Shown: positions 9,204-16,380, counted from the stretch's first letter. The stretch is DNA of 46,465 bases from an uncultured virus (IMG/VR IMGVR_UViG_2061766007_001087) (IMGVR_UViG_2061766007_001087); one strand, 5' to 3'. Numbers and translations are program-made. The notes: generated from the sequence alone by a model not told the origin.

Positions 9204-9236
9204 GGGTGCTAGTAGTGAAACATTCTACTAGCACTC
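9204..9236 (+). terminator. Strong 3' stem-loop after the DUF488 gene
   Basis: GGGTGCTAGTAG-tgaaacatt-CTACTAGCACTC. No U-tract. Confidence 0.5.
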
Positions 9237-9239
9237 AAC

Positions 9240-9257
9240 AATAAAATTTCTCAGTAG
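9240..9257 (+). promoter_or_regulatory. Phage promoter-like motif copy 4
   Basis: AATAAAATTTCTCAGTAG. Confidence 0.75.
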
Positions 9258-9314
9258 TGCAAGATAGTTCTCGCACTTCAACATTTATTCACTAACAGCC
9301 ATAGGGAGGCTATC

Positions 9315-9521
9315 ATGAAATTTATCATCACTTTTCAAATTGCTGATGACTTTGCTGAACAGATTTCTTACCACAGCGTAGTCTGTGATGAAGAAGAAGT
9401 AAATTCTGTTCAGCAAAAGATGATGAGCGATTATGCTCCATTCATCGAGGTTCTGTCTGTTACCCCATACGAGGGTCCAGACGACAGTGATTATGAAGAC
9501 GACGAAGCAATCCCGTTCTAA
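9315..9521 (+). CDS. Small acidic early protein with SSB-Ct-like tail (EDDEAIPF)
   Basis: 68 aa, GGGAGG SD, ends DDSDYEDDEAIPF*. Confidence 0.8.
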   Translation: MKFIITFQIADDFAEQISYHSVVCDEEEVNSVQQKMMSDYAPFIEVLSVTPYEGPDDSDYEDDEAIPF

Positions 9522-9530
9522 GTCGTCTTC

Positions 9531-9563
9531 TGCAGGCATTGTTCCATACATGTAAGTCCTGCA
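9531..9563 (+). repeat. UAAGY-bulged hairpin copy 2
   Basis: TGCAGG-CA-t-TGT-tccat-ACA-TG-TAAGT-CCTGCA. Confidence 0.8.
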
Positions 9564-9591
9564 TTGGTTTAATCTAATTAGGAGAAAAAAG

Positions 9592-9795
9592 ATGATTAGG
9601 TTCGAAAGTGCCCTCATTGTTCTGGGCAACAAACAAGTTAAAGTGCAGTTATGCCGTAATGTGGCATATCTGCAATATTCCAAAGATATTGTAGAAGAAG
9701 TCAATTTCGTAGAACTGGCTAAACTTCTACAGAATGTACAGGTTCTCAAGCACTCCAGAAGTTTCTGGAAAGTGCTTCAGAGCAGAGTACAGTAA
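9592..9795 (+). CDS. Hypothetical early protein
   Basis: 67 aa, AGGAG SD. Confidence 0.7.
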   Translation: MIRFESALIVLGNKQVKVQLCRNVAYLQYSKDIVEEVNFVELAKLLQNVQVLKHSRSFWKVLQSRVQ

Positions 9796-9797
9796 AT

Positions 9798-9836
9798 CCA
9801 GCAGGCACTTGTCGTGAGACATATAAGCCCTGCTGG
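9798..9836 (+). repeat. UAAGY-bulged hairpin copy 3
   Basis: CCAGCAGG-CAct-TGTC-gtga-GACA-ta-TAAGC-CCTGCTGG, followed by TACATTTTTT. Confidence 0.75.
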
Positions 9837-9891
9837 TACATTTTTTAAGTATGCAGTAGTTAGAATAGATACGCTCTGCATACATGGAAAG

Positions 9892-9909
9892 AATAAAATT
9901 TCTCCATAG
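9892..9909 (+). promoter_or_regulatory. Phage promoter-like motif copy 5
   Basis: AATAAAATTTCTCCATAG followed by the hairpin ACGGTTGTT...AGCAACCGT. Confidence 0.75.
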
Positions 9910-9972
9910 AAACGGTTGTTCACGATAGCAACCGTAATCCAACTTGTCACTTGCCTTAGGAGGGCTACAATT

Positions 9973-10307
9973 ATGTTAAACTCTATCCACGTTTTCGATA
10001 TTTTCTTCATCAACGCAGTTTCTGAGCAGGCTGAGGCTTGCGAACTTGAAACNNNNNNNNNNNNNNNNNNNNNNNNNNNNNNNNNNNAGACCTCTCTGAT
10101 GAAATTATTCGTGCTGAAACGGCTCGCATTGTTCGTCATGCAGTTTCTAGACTGCGTTCGACTGAGCAGAAAGTCATTATTGGCACACTCGCTGGTCTCC
10201 CACCAGAAGAGATTGCCCGTAGATGTGACATATCTACTGAGCGGGCAAAAATCGTCTGGCGGGAGGCCACGCTCAAGTTGAGGAGAGAACTTGAGCCGTT
10301 GCTCTAA
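9973..10307 (+). CDS. Small protein with a sigma70 region-4-like HTH domain
   Basis: ATG at 9973 with AGGAGG SD. After the N-run a different frame reads DLSDEIIRAETARIVRHAVSRLRSTEQKVIIGTLAGLPPEEIARRCDISTERAKIVWREATLKLRRELEPLL*, which fits the Sigma70_r4 pattern. Confidence 0.75.
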
Positions 10308-10313
10308 ATCTCC

Positions 10314-10345
10314 AGCAGGCATTGTGCAAACATGTAAGTCCTGCT
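10314..10345 (+). repeat. UAAGY-bulged hairpin copy 4
   Basis: AGCAGG-CA-t-TGT-gcaa-ACA-TG-TAAGT-CCTGCT. Confidence 0.8.
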
Positions 10346-10355
10346 TAAACCCAAC

Positions 10356-10373
10356 AATAAAACTTCTCAATAG
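10356..10373 (+). promoter_or_regulatory. Phage promoter-like motif copy 6
   Basis: AATAAAACTTCTCAATAG. Confidence 0.7.
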
Positions 10374-10402
10374 TATTTAACAATCTGCCATAGGAGGCAC
10401 TT

Positions 10403-10657
10403 ATGAACAACTTTTCAAATACTGCATTTACTTCTTTCGACCGTGACCCAGTAAAGGTTGAGGTTCACGCCCTCTTTGAAATAAGAGGTTGTGATGACGA
10501 AATGATTGAAACTTATTTCGTCACAACCCACATGGTAGTGGGTACCTGCTGGGACGACGAAGTACCACAGTTCCTTGAAGTTCTCCGTAAGAGAGTCGAA
10601 GAGGAATACAGGCACTACTACGCCTTCCTGCTGGAACATTGGGTGTTTCCAGCATAA
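10403..10657 (+). CDS. Hypothetical early protein
   Basis: 84 aa, AGGAGG SD, forms its own promoter-terminator unit. Confidence 0.8.
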   Translation: MNNFSNTAFTSFDRDPVKVEVHALFEIRGCDDEMIETYFVTTHMVVGTCWDDEVPQFLEVLRKRVEEEYRHYYAFLLEHWVFPA

Positions 10658-10674
10658 TAGAAAATAGCCCAGGC

Positions 10675-10713
10675 GGGAGTACTAGTCTTATGACTGGTGC
10701 TCCCTTGTTTTTT
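10675..10713 (+). terminator. Rho-independent terminator
   Basis: GGGAGTACTAGTC-ttat-GACTGGTGCTCCC-TTGTTTTTT. Confidence 0.8.
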
Positions 10714-10741
10714 CAAGTAAATGGAAAGAAAGTACATTTAC

Positions 10742-10759
10742 AATAAAATTTCTTCATAG
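10742..10759 (+). promoter_or_regulatory. Phage promoter-like motif copy 7
   Basis: AATAAAATTTCTTCATAG. Confidence 0.75.
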
Positions 10760-10789
10760 TATCAACTTAGCCTGTAGGAGGGCACAATT

Positions 10790-10999
10790 ATGAACGAATC
10801 AATTCAGTTTAAAGTTACTTCTATCGTTTACTTTAACGAAAAGTACAATAAGGGAGGAGAGTCCGAGACTTATGTTTTGCGTGGGTTCTGCACTCCCGAA
10901 GAAGTCACGAAAATCAGAGACTATGTCCTCGCTGAGAACTGGCGACAGTTCAGATACGAGGCAAAAGACATCAAGATTGTAAAAGTCGAGATTGTCTAA
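10790..10999 (+). CDS. Hypothetical early protein
   Basis: 69 aa, AGGAGG SD. Confidence 0.8.
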   Translation: MNESIQFKVTSIVYFNEKYNKGGESETYVLRGFCTPEEVTKIRDYVLAENWRQFRYEAKDIKIVKVEIV

Positions 11000-11004
11000 C
11001 CTCG

Positions 11005-11040
11005 GGCAGGTGGTGCCAGTGTGTACTGCCTGCCTTTTTT
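11005..11040 (+). terminator. Rho-independent terminator
   Basis: GGCAGGTGGTGC-cagtgt-GTACTGCCTGCC-TTTTTT. Confidence 0.8.
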
Positions 11041-11045
11041 CAGCG

Positions 11046-11063
11046 AATAAAATTTCTCGATAG
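11046..11063 (+). promoter_or_regulatory. Phage promoter-like motif copy 8
   Basis: AATAAAATTTCTCGATAG. Confidence 0.75.
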
Positions 11064-11098
11064 ACCAACATTTATCAACTAACCAAAGGAGTTCTATT

Positions 11099-11242
11099 AT
11101 GAAACATATTTACATAATCACTGGTCGTCATTACGGAGAGTCCGAGTACTCATACGTAATGTACGAAGGTACATACCTCGAGGCATGCTCATACGCTGAG
11201 TGGGAGTTCGACGATGTAAAAGCGGTTGAACTACTCATCTAA
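11099..11242 (+). CDS. 47-aa acidic early protein
   Basis: AAGGAG SD; MKHIYIITGRHYGESEYSYVMYEGTYLEACSYAEWEFDDVKAVELLI*. Too short for the ORF track. Confidence 0.75.
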   Translation: MKHIYIITGRHYGESEYSYVMYEGTYLEACSYAEWEFDDVKAVELLI

Positions 11243-11311
11243 CAACCCACAGGGGCAGTAGTGTATGCTATCTGCCCCTTTAGCAACATTTTTTTAACCA
11301 AGGAGAATAGT

Positions 11312-11473
11312 ATGAACAAATATCGTGTTATTTATTTTAATTACGACTTCGACCTCGAAGAAGCATATATCTTCGGGGATACCGAAGAAGAAGCCCTGTA
11401 TAATGCAGGGATTCCAGAAACCGAGGTGTTCTCTATTGAGGAACTCGATGAAGACGAAGACGAGGAGGATTAA
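11312..11473 (+). CDS. 53-aa very acidic early protein
   Basis: AAGGAG SD; MNKYRVIYFNYDFDLEEAY...EELDEDEDEED*; followed by the hairpin GGGAAGTC-GAAA-GGCTTCCC. Confidence 0.8.
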   Translation: MNKYRVIYFNYDFDLEEAYIFGDTEEEALYNAGIPETEVFSIEELDEDEDEED

Positions 11474-11521
11474 TCGGTGGGAAGTCGAAAGGCTTCCCTT
11501 GTTTCTGCAAATCGGGAAACA

Positions 11522-11539
11522 AATAAAATTTCTCGATAG
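11522..11539 (+). promoter_or_regulatory. Phage promoter-like motif copy 9
   Basis: AATAAAATTTCTCGATAG followed by the hairpin GAGTGA-tagat-TCACTC. Confidence 0.75.
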
Positions 11540-11597
11540 AGTGATAGATTCACTCAAGTATTCAACATTCATCAACCAACCAAAAGGAGAAAAAAAA

Positions 11598-11800
11598 ATG
11601 ATGAACACTGAAAATACCCGCACTCTGTATACTGTCACTGGACTTGACACCGAGGGTTATCCAGACGCTTACAACGTTTGGGCAAATGACCCAGCCGACG
11701 CCANNNNNNNNNNNNNNNNNNNNNNNNNNNNNNNNNNNNNNNNNNNNNNNNNNNNNNNNNNNNNNNNNNNNNNNNNNNNNNNNNNNNNNNNNNNNNNNNN
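11598..11800 (+). CDS. Hypothetical early protein (3' end in N-run)
   Basis: AAGGAG SD; MMNTENTRTLYTVTGLDTEGYPDAYNVWANDPADA... Confidence 0.65.
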
Positions 11801-11847
11801 CAGGAGGCTCCCCAATTTTTTTCCCTAGTGCAAAGAGAGAAAGACTA

Positions 11848-11865
11848 AATAAAATTTCTCAATAG
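11848..11865 (+). promoter_or_regulatory. Phage promoter-like motif copy 10
   Basis: AATAAAATTTCTCAATAG followed by the hairpin ACGTTGCTA-cttga-TAGCAGCGT. Confidence 0.75.
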
Positions 11866-11917
11866 AAACGTTGCTACTTGATAGCAGCGTACATCCACCC
11901 TTCAACAACGGAGTTCC

Positions 11918-12163
11918 ATGATGAAAATTCTCTACACAATTTCATGCCCTACATTCATTTTCCGTATCCTTCTTACCAAGGAAAACGGGCAGTTCGTTTA
12001 CTCAACTGAAGACGGGCAGACATACNNNNNNNNNNNNNNNNNNNAGGAAGATTTTATCCTCCTTCTTGCACTCTTCGGAAAAGCCTATTCCGGTGCAGGC
12101 TATTACGAGAATTACGGAAATTCAACCAGAATTAAGTTCAATATCACAAAGGAGACTCTATGA
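11918..12163 (+). CDS. Hypothetical early protein
   Basis: 81 aa, GGAG SD. Confidence 0.7.
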   Translation: MMKILYTISCPTFIFRILLTKENGQFVYSTEDGQTYXXXXXXXEDFILLLALFGKAYSGAGYYENYGNSTRIKFNITKETL

Positions 12164-12432
12164 TGAACAGAAACAATTTAATCCGCTACCACGTTGTATT
12201 CGACGCAACCGAGGAAAGGCATAACTGCTACTTTCCAGTCGACTTCCTTATTGAAAGGACAGAACAAGGTACTATCATTTACGACACGCTTGAGAAACCG
12301 GTTCTAATCACCAAAACAGCAATTACCGAAGAGTATCTCAAACTCGTGGCTAACTACCTGTTTTGCAGAGAATTTAAACGAACTTACAACATGATTCCAA
12401 AAATCATAAAGTTCGACTGTTACGATGAATAA
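12160..12432 (+). CDS. Hypothetical early protein
   Basis: 90 aa, AAGGAG SD, ATGA overlap with the upstream gene. Confidence 0.75.
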   Translation: MMNRNNLIRYHVVFDATEERHNCYFPVDFLIERTEQGTIIYDTLEKPVLITKTAITEEYLKLVANYLFCREFKRTYNMIPKIIKFDCYDE

Positions 12433-12570
12433 TCTATACGGCAGAGACAGGAGGCTCNNNNNNNNNNNNNNNNNNNNNNNNNNNNNNNNNNNNNNNNNNN
12501 NNNNNNNNNNNNNNNNNNNNNNNNNNNNNNNNNNNNNNNNNNNNNNNNNNNNNNNNNNNNNNNNNNNNNN

Positions 12571-12774
12571 GACATTGTCGTAATCCCAGTAATGGACCCA
12601 GGAACTTATGACGAGGTGTACTGGGTTGTGTTTCCTACAGAACTCTACGGTCTGGTAACTGAACGCTACGACCCATCTGACCTTCTTACCCTTAAGGGAT
12701 TCATCAAGGCTTACCTGTACGGTGAATATCCAGATGTCCTCTGGATTGCCCTAGACGAAGAGGCAAACGACTAA
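12571..12774 (+). CDS. Hypothetical early protein (start probably in N-run)
   Basis: Frame is open from the edge of the N-run (DIVVIPVMDPGTYDEV...) and followed by a hairpin. Confidence 0.6.
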   Translation, partial: DIVVIPVMDPGTYDEVYWVVFPTELYGLVTERYDPSDLLTLKGFIKAYLYGEYPDVLWIALDEEAND

Positions 12775-12825
12775 TAACCAACCCCAGGGCAGGAGAAATC
12801 CTGTCCTTTAACATTGGAGAAAACA

Positions 12826-13017
12826 ATGAAAGCAACAATTTTAACAATTCTTTTTATCTTTGGTTCAGTCCTCTATATGGCTCATTACGCTTTAAGCCTT
12901 CCAGAAGTTGAGTTTAGTTACTCAACCAAAAAGTGTGTAAAAGTGATAGACGCAGACGGTGGAGTACACTCATGTAAGCATCTGCCAAAAAAGTTCTATC
13001 ACGTCTGGGTTAAGTAA
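12826..13017 (+). CDS. Small membrane-anchored protein
   Basis: GGAG SD; N-terminal hydrophobic helix MKATILTILFIFGSVLYMAHYAL; Cys pair in the soluble part. Confidence 0.7.
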   Translation: MKATILTILFIFGSVLYMAHYALSLPEVEFSYSTKKCVKVIDADGGVHSCKHLPKKFYHVWVK

Positions 13018-13082
13018 ATACAAGGAGGGTACTCATTGAGTACTCTCTNNNNNNNNNNNNNNNNNNNNNNNNNNNNNNNGCA

Positions 13083-13100
13083 AATAAAATTTCTAGATAG
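13083..13100 (+). promoter_or_regulatory. Phage promoter-like motif copy 11 (upstream of the gp2-like and RNAP II genes)
   Basis: AATAAAATTTCTAGATAG, overlapping the hairpin TAGATAGAT-agtaa-ATCTATCTA. Confidence 0.7.
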
Positions 13101-13149
13101 ATAGTAAATCTATCTACGTTTAACTTTTCACAATATGAGGATAAATTCT

Positions 13150-13620
13150 ATGAACGTATTTACTAATGCTTCTAACAATAATAACAAGGGTAACTTTATT
13201 GATGGTATGCTGTATGTCAAAGACTTGACTACTGGTGAGACTCGTTGCATTGGCTCAGTCTATACCCGTTCTCCAGTTGCTGAAGTTACTGCTTTGTTAA
13301 ACGCAGTTAACGCACACCCAGATAAACTCGGATTAGTGTTCGAAGACCGTAGAAGTAACATCAGTGCTAACTCCTTTCTGGGTCAGGTGATTGCTTCTGC
13401 TAAACCACAGCAGGTAGCACAGCCACAGTATGTCGTAGCACCACAGCCAGTAATTCAGCCATCAGCACAGACTGTTATGCCAATGGTACAGGTACAGCAA
13501 CAGCCTATGCCACAGGCTGTAGTACCACCACAGCAGAATGCTGGAATGCCACTGGGTGGTCAGCCAGTTCAGCAACAGCAGGTGCTTCAGCCTGTAACTC
13601 CTGATGAAGTTCCATTCTAA
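13150..13620 (+). CDS. Candidate N4 gp2/Drc-like ssDNA-binding protein with Q/P-rich linker and DEVPF tail
   Basis: GAGG SD before ATG at 13150. N-rich start, a short beta-rich domain, a long Q/P/V linker and the ending TPDEVPF*. Located upstream of RNAP II like gp2/Drc. Homology is inferred. Confidence 0.5.
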   Translation: MNVFTNASNNNNKGNFIDGMLYVKDLTTGETRCIGSVYTRSPVAEVTALLNAVNAHPDKLGLVFEDRRSNISANSFLGQVIASAKPQQVAQPQYVVAPQPVIQPSAQTVMPMVQVQQQPMPQAVVPPQQNAGMPLGGQPVQQQQVLQPVTPDEVPF

Positions 13621-13634
13621 TCAGTGAGGTTACA

Positions 13635-13904
13635 ATGAGAGCAGTTGCAATTTCTGACACAGCAACCATTGTAATCGCAAAGGCGGACCGGATAACGGTC
13701 TGCCAATGGGTTCCTAACATTGGCTGGCAGTTGTATGGCGATAAAGAAATCAGTAAAGAACTCAGTGGTTTTATTACCAAGAATTTAATCTCTAAAGATG
13801 TTAATTGCTGTACATTTAACGAGATTGTCTTGTTAGCACGTTTATACTGTGCTGAAAACACTGGGACACTTGAAGATTTTGGTAATTATCTCGCATCCTT
13901 TTAA
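13635..13904 (+). CDS. Hypothetical protein
   Basis: 89 aa, GAGG SD. Confidence 0.7.
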   Translation: MRAVAISDTATIVIAKADRITVCQWVPNIGWQLYGDKEISKELSGFITKNLISKDVNCCTFNEIVLLARLYCAENTGTLEDFGNYLASF

Positions 13905-13950
13905 CAATTCAATCTAACCGGAGGCAGAGCAGAAATGCTCTGTTCATACT

Positions 13951-14157
13951 ATGAAAAAGTTTTGTTTTATAACTACTGCTTACAAAATTATCAGAGAACA
14001 GTATCCAAAGATGAAGTTTGGATTTTCATCCGTTGAGTACCACGGTGATTACATGGCAGATGTATATTTTGTGGCACCTGGAGTTACTCTGAGAATTCGT
14101 ATAGAAAAGTCAGTTTATGACAATCCAGAATATGTATACATAATTACTCGTATTTAA
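13951..14157 (+). CDS. Hypothetical protein
   Basis: 68-aa ORF followed by a terminator-like hairpin at 14179-14210. Confidence 0.55.
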   Translation: MKKFCFITTAYKIIREQYPKMKFGFSSVEYHGDYMADVYFVAPGVTLRIRIEKSVYDNPEYVYIITRI

Positions 14158-14233
14158 TTTAATTTAATCTAACAGTAAAAGCCTTTGAGCATTCAAAGGC
14201 TTATTTATTTCCGGAAAGCAAGGATAGAATTAA

Positions 14234-15115
14234 ATGAAACAGCAAGAAATGGAAATGCTCTATGCAGAAAATAACATGACTCATCTTCTGGATACTTATA
14301 TTTCAGATGAGTACATGGATTATTTAATACAGCGATTAAAGATAGTAATGGTTGCTGATTCTGAGAAACCTTTTAAGAGAGAGTGCATAGATTTAATTAT
14401 CAAAAACTGCAATCCAAGAAAGGTATTTAAGAAAATGATTACTCCATTTATCTTAAAAGATAAAGTAATCCTCCAAGAGATAGTAAGTAAAGTATTTCCA
14501 ATCTTTGGTAATGCTACTACCAAGCATAGACAAGGTATATGTGTAGACTGTTTTCTTACTGCTCTATTAGATGGTAATTACTTTAGCATTACTCAGACTT
14601 CAGAAGAGTACTTTGTTACTACTATTATTGATTTTACAAGTCTCAGAACTGCTGCACAGAATATGGGATTTGTACTCCCTTCTATTGAACCACTGGAACC
14701 AGTAGATAACAGACACATTGGATATAAAACATTCAGTGAATCTATTATTTGTGGTTCCAAGAATAATCCATTGGATTATGAAAAATGCTTTTCTCATATC
14801 AATAGAGAGAATAGAACAAAACTATGCTGGGATGATAGAGTACTGAAACTTTCTCCTCTTACATTTGNNNNNNNNNNNNNNNNNNNNNNNNNNNNNNNNN
14901 NNNNNNNNNNNNNNNNNNNNNNATTAATAATAGATTTAAACAGTTTGAATTACTAAAACAGAGTATTCCAGATAAGGTAAGTAAACTGGACGGAAATGAA
15001 TTTTACATTGCACACAAATATGATAAACGAGGCAGGTGCTACTGCAAAGCACATGAGTTTNNNNNNNNNNNNNNNNNNNNNNNNNNNNNNNNNNNNNNNN
15101 NNNNNNNNNNNNNNN
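14234..15115 (+). CDS. RNA polymerase II subunit 1 (N4 gp15-like)
   Basis: MKQQEMEMLY start and LPSIEPLEPV. After an N-run a different frame gives HKYDKRGRCYC (DxRGR motif). End lies in an N-run. Confidence 0.85.
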
Positions 15116-15119
15116 GAAA

Positions 15120-16380
15120 ATGATTAATTTTGAACCAATCGAATGGGCATTTATTGAGACTGCTAATCAGTTAGGTTTTGATAAGAAACCTTTTCAGGAG
15201 AGAATAAAGATAGGTTCAGATATATTTGAGGAAATTAAGAAATACGGAGTAGAGAAAACTTATTTCAAGTATAACCCAGATGAACCTCAGTTATTTGCAA
15301 GAGCATTAATCGGATTGGGAGATATTGCAAATGGTAAGCCTACCAATATGCTTGTAGGACTAGATGTTACTTCATCCGGACCACAAAATGGTGAAGTAGG
15401 TTCAAGAGATTCTACAGGTCTTGCAATTACTGGTGCAATAGATTTAATAGTAAATGGAGTTACTATAGTACCAGATGTATATACTGAAATAGAGAATAAA
15501 CTCAGACCAGTAGGTGTACCAAAACTAAGTAGAAAAATGGTAAAAGAAGCAGTTATTCCATATGTATATGGCTCTACTGATGCACCGAAATCTTTGTTTG
15601 GTAAGTTCTATAAACACTTTAAGGAGGCATTCTTCCAGACAATTCCTGGTTCAGATTCGTTTAAAAACTTATTAATAGATGCATGGCAGGACGACTGTAT
15701 GCTCTATAAATGGGAATTACCAGACGGATTTGTTGCTACTACTGTACCAGAAAAGAATATAGAATTCCGGTTACAGTTATTAGGAAATCACTCATATACA
15801 TATGTATCCAAGGAACCATCTCCATTGGAGAAAGGAGACCTGCATACAAAGGCATTATCAGCAAATGTATTTCACGCATTTGACGGATTTATGCTTAGAG
15901 AGGTACATCGTATANNNNNNNNNNNNNNNNNNNNNNNNNNNNNNNNNNNNNNNNNNNNNNNNNNNNNNNNNNNNNNNNNNNNNNNNNNNNNNNNNNNNNN
16001 NNAGGTTCCAATGGAAGAGCAGAACATCTGGAACAGTTGTACTGGAAATTCAAATTCTTTAGTTTTGAAATTCTGGAAGTTATCCAGTTAAATATAGGAA
16101 ATATCTCAGAAGAGTATATCAATGTATGCTTACAGCAAATTGAATATCTGTTATCTAAGNNNNNNNNNNNNNNNNATTCATGATGAGTTTATGTGTTCTC
16201 CACTTAACTGTAATGTTATGAAGCAGGTATACAATAATCTTCTGGGTGCTTTGTATTGTTCTGACTGGTTCCGTATAGTAATTAACGAATTGAGAAATGA
16301 CAATTTAGCAGATAAGTATGTAGAACCAATAAACTGGGATATTTATAACAAAATCATAANNNNNNNNNNNNNNNNNNNNN
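15120..16380 (+). CDS. RNA polymerase II subunit 2 (N4 gp16-like)
   Basis: ANQLGFDK..F.ERI, motif A GLDVTSSGPQ, motif B RKMVKEAVIPYVYGS, ANVFHAFDG and motif C IHDEF (about 16176). End lies in an N-run. Confidence 0.92.

Noticed and set aside
7072..13100. CRISPR array or integron attC interpretation of the repeated 18-bp motif and hairpins
   Set aside because: Spacing is irregular (about 300-1250 bp) and the intervals contain whole genes. There is no cas or intI gene and no attC RYYYAAC/GTTRRRY boxes.
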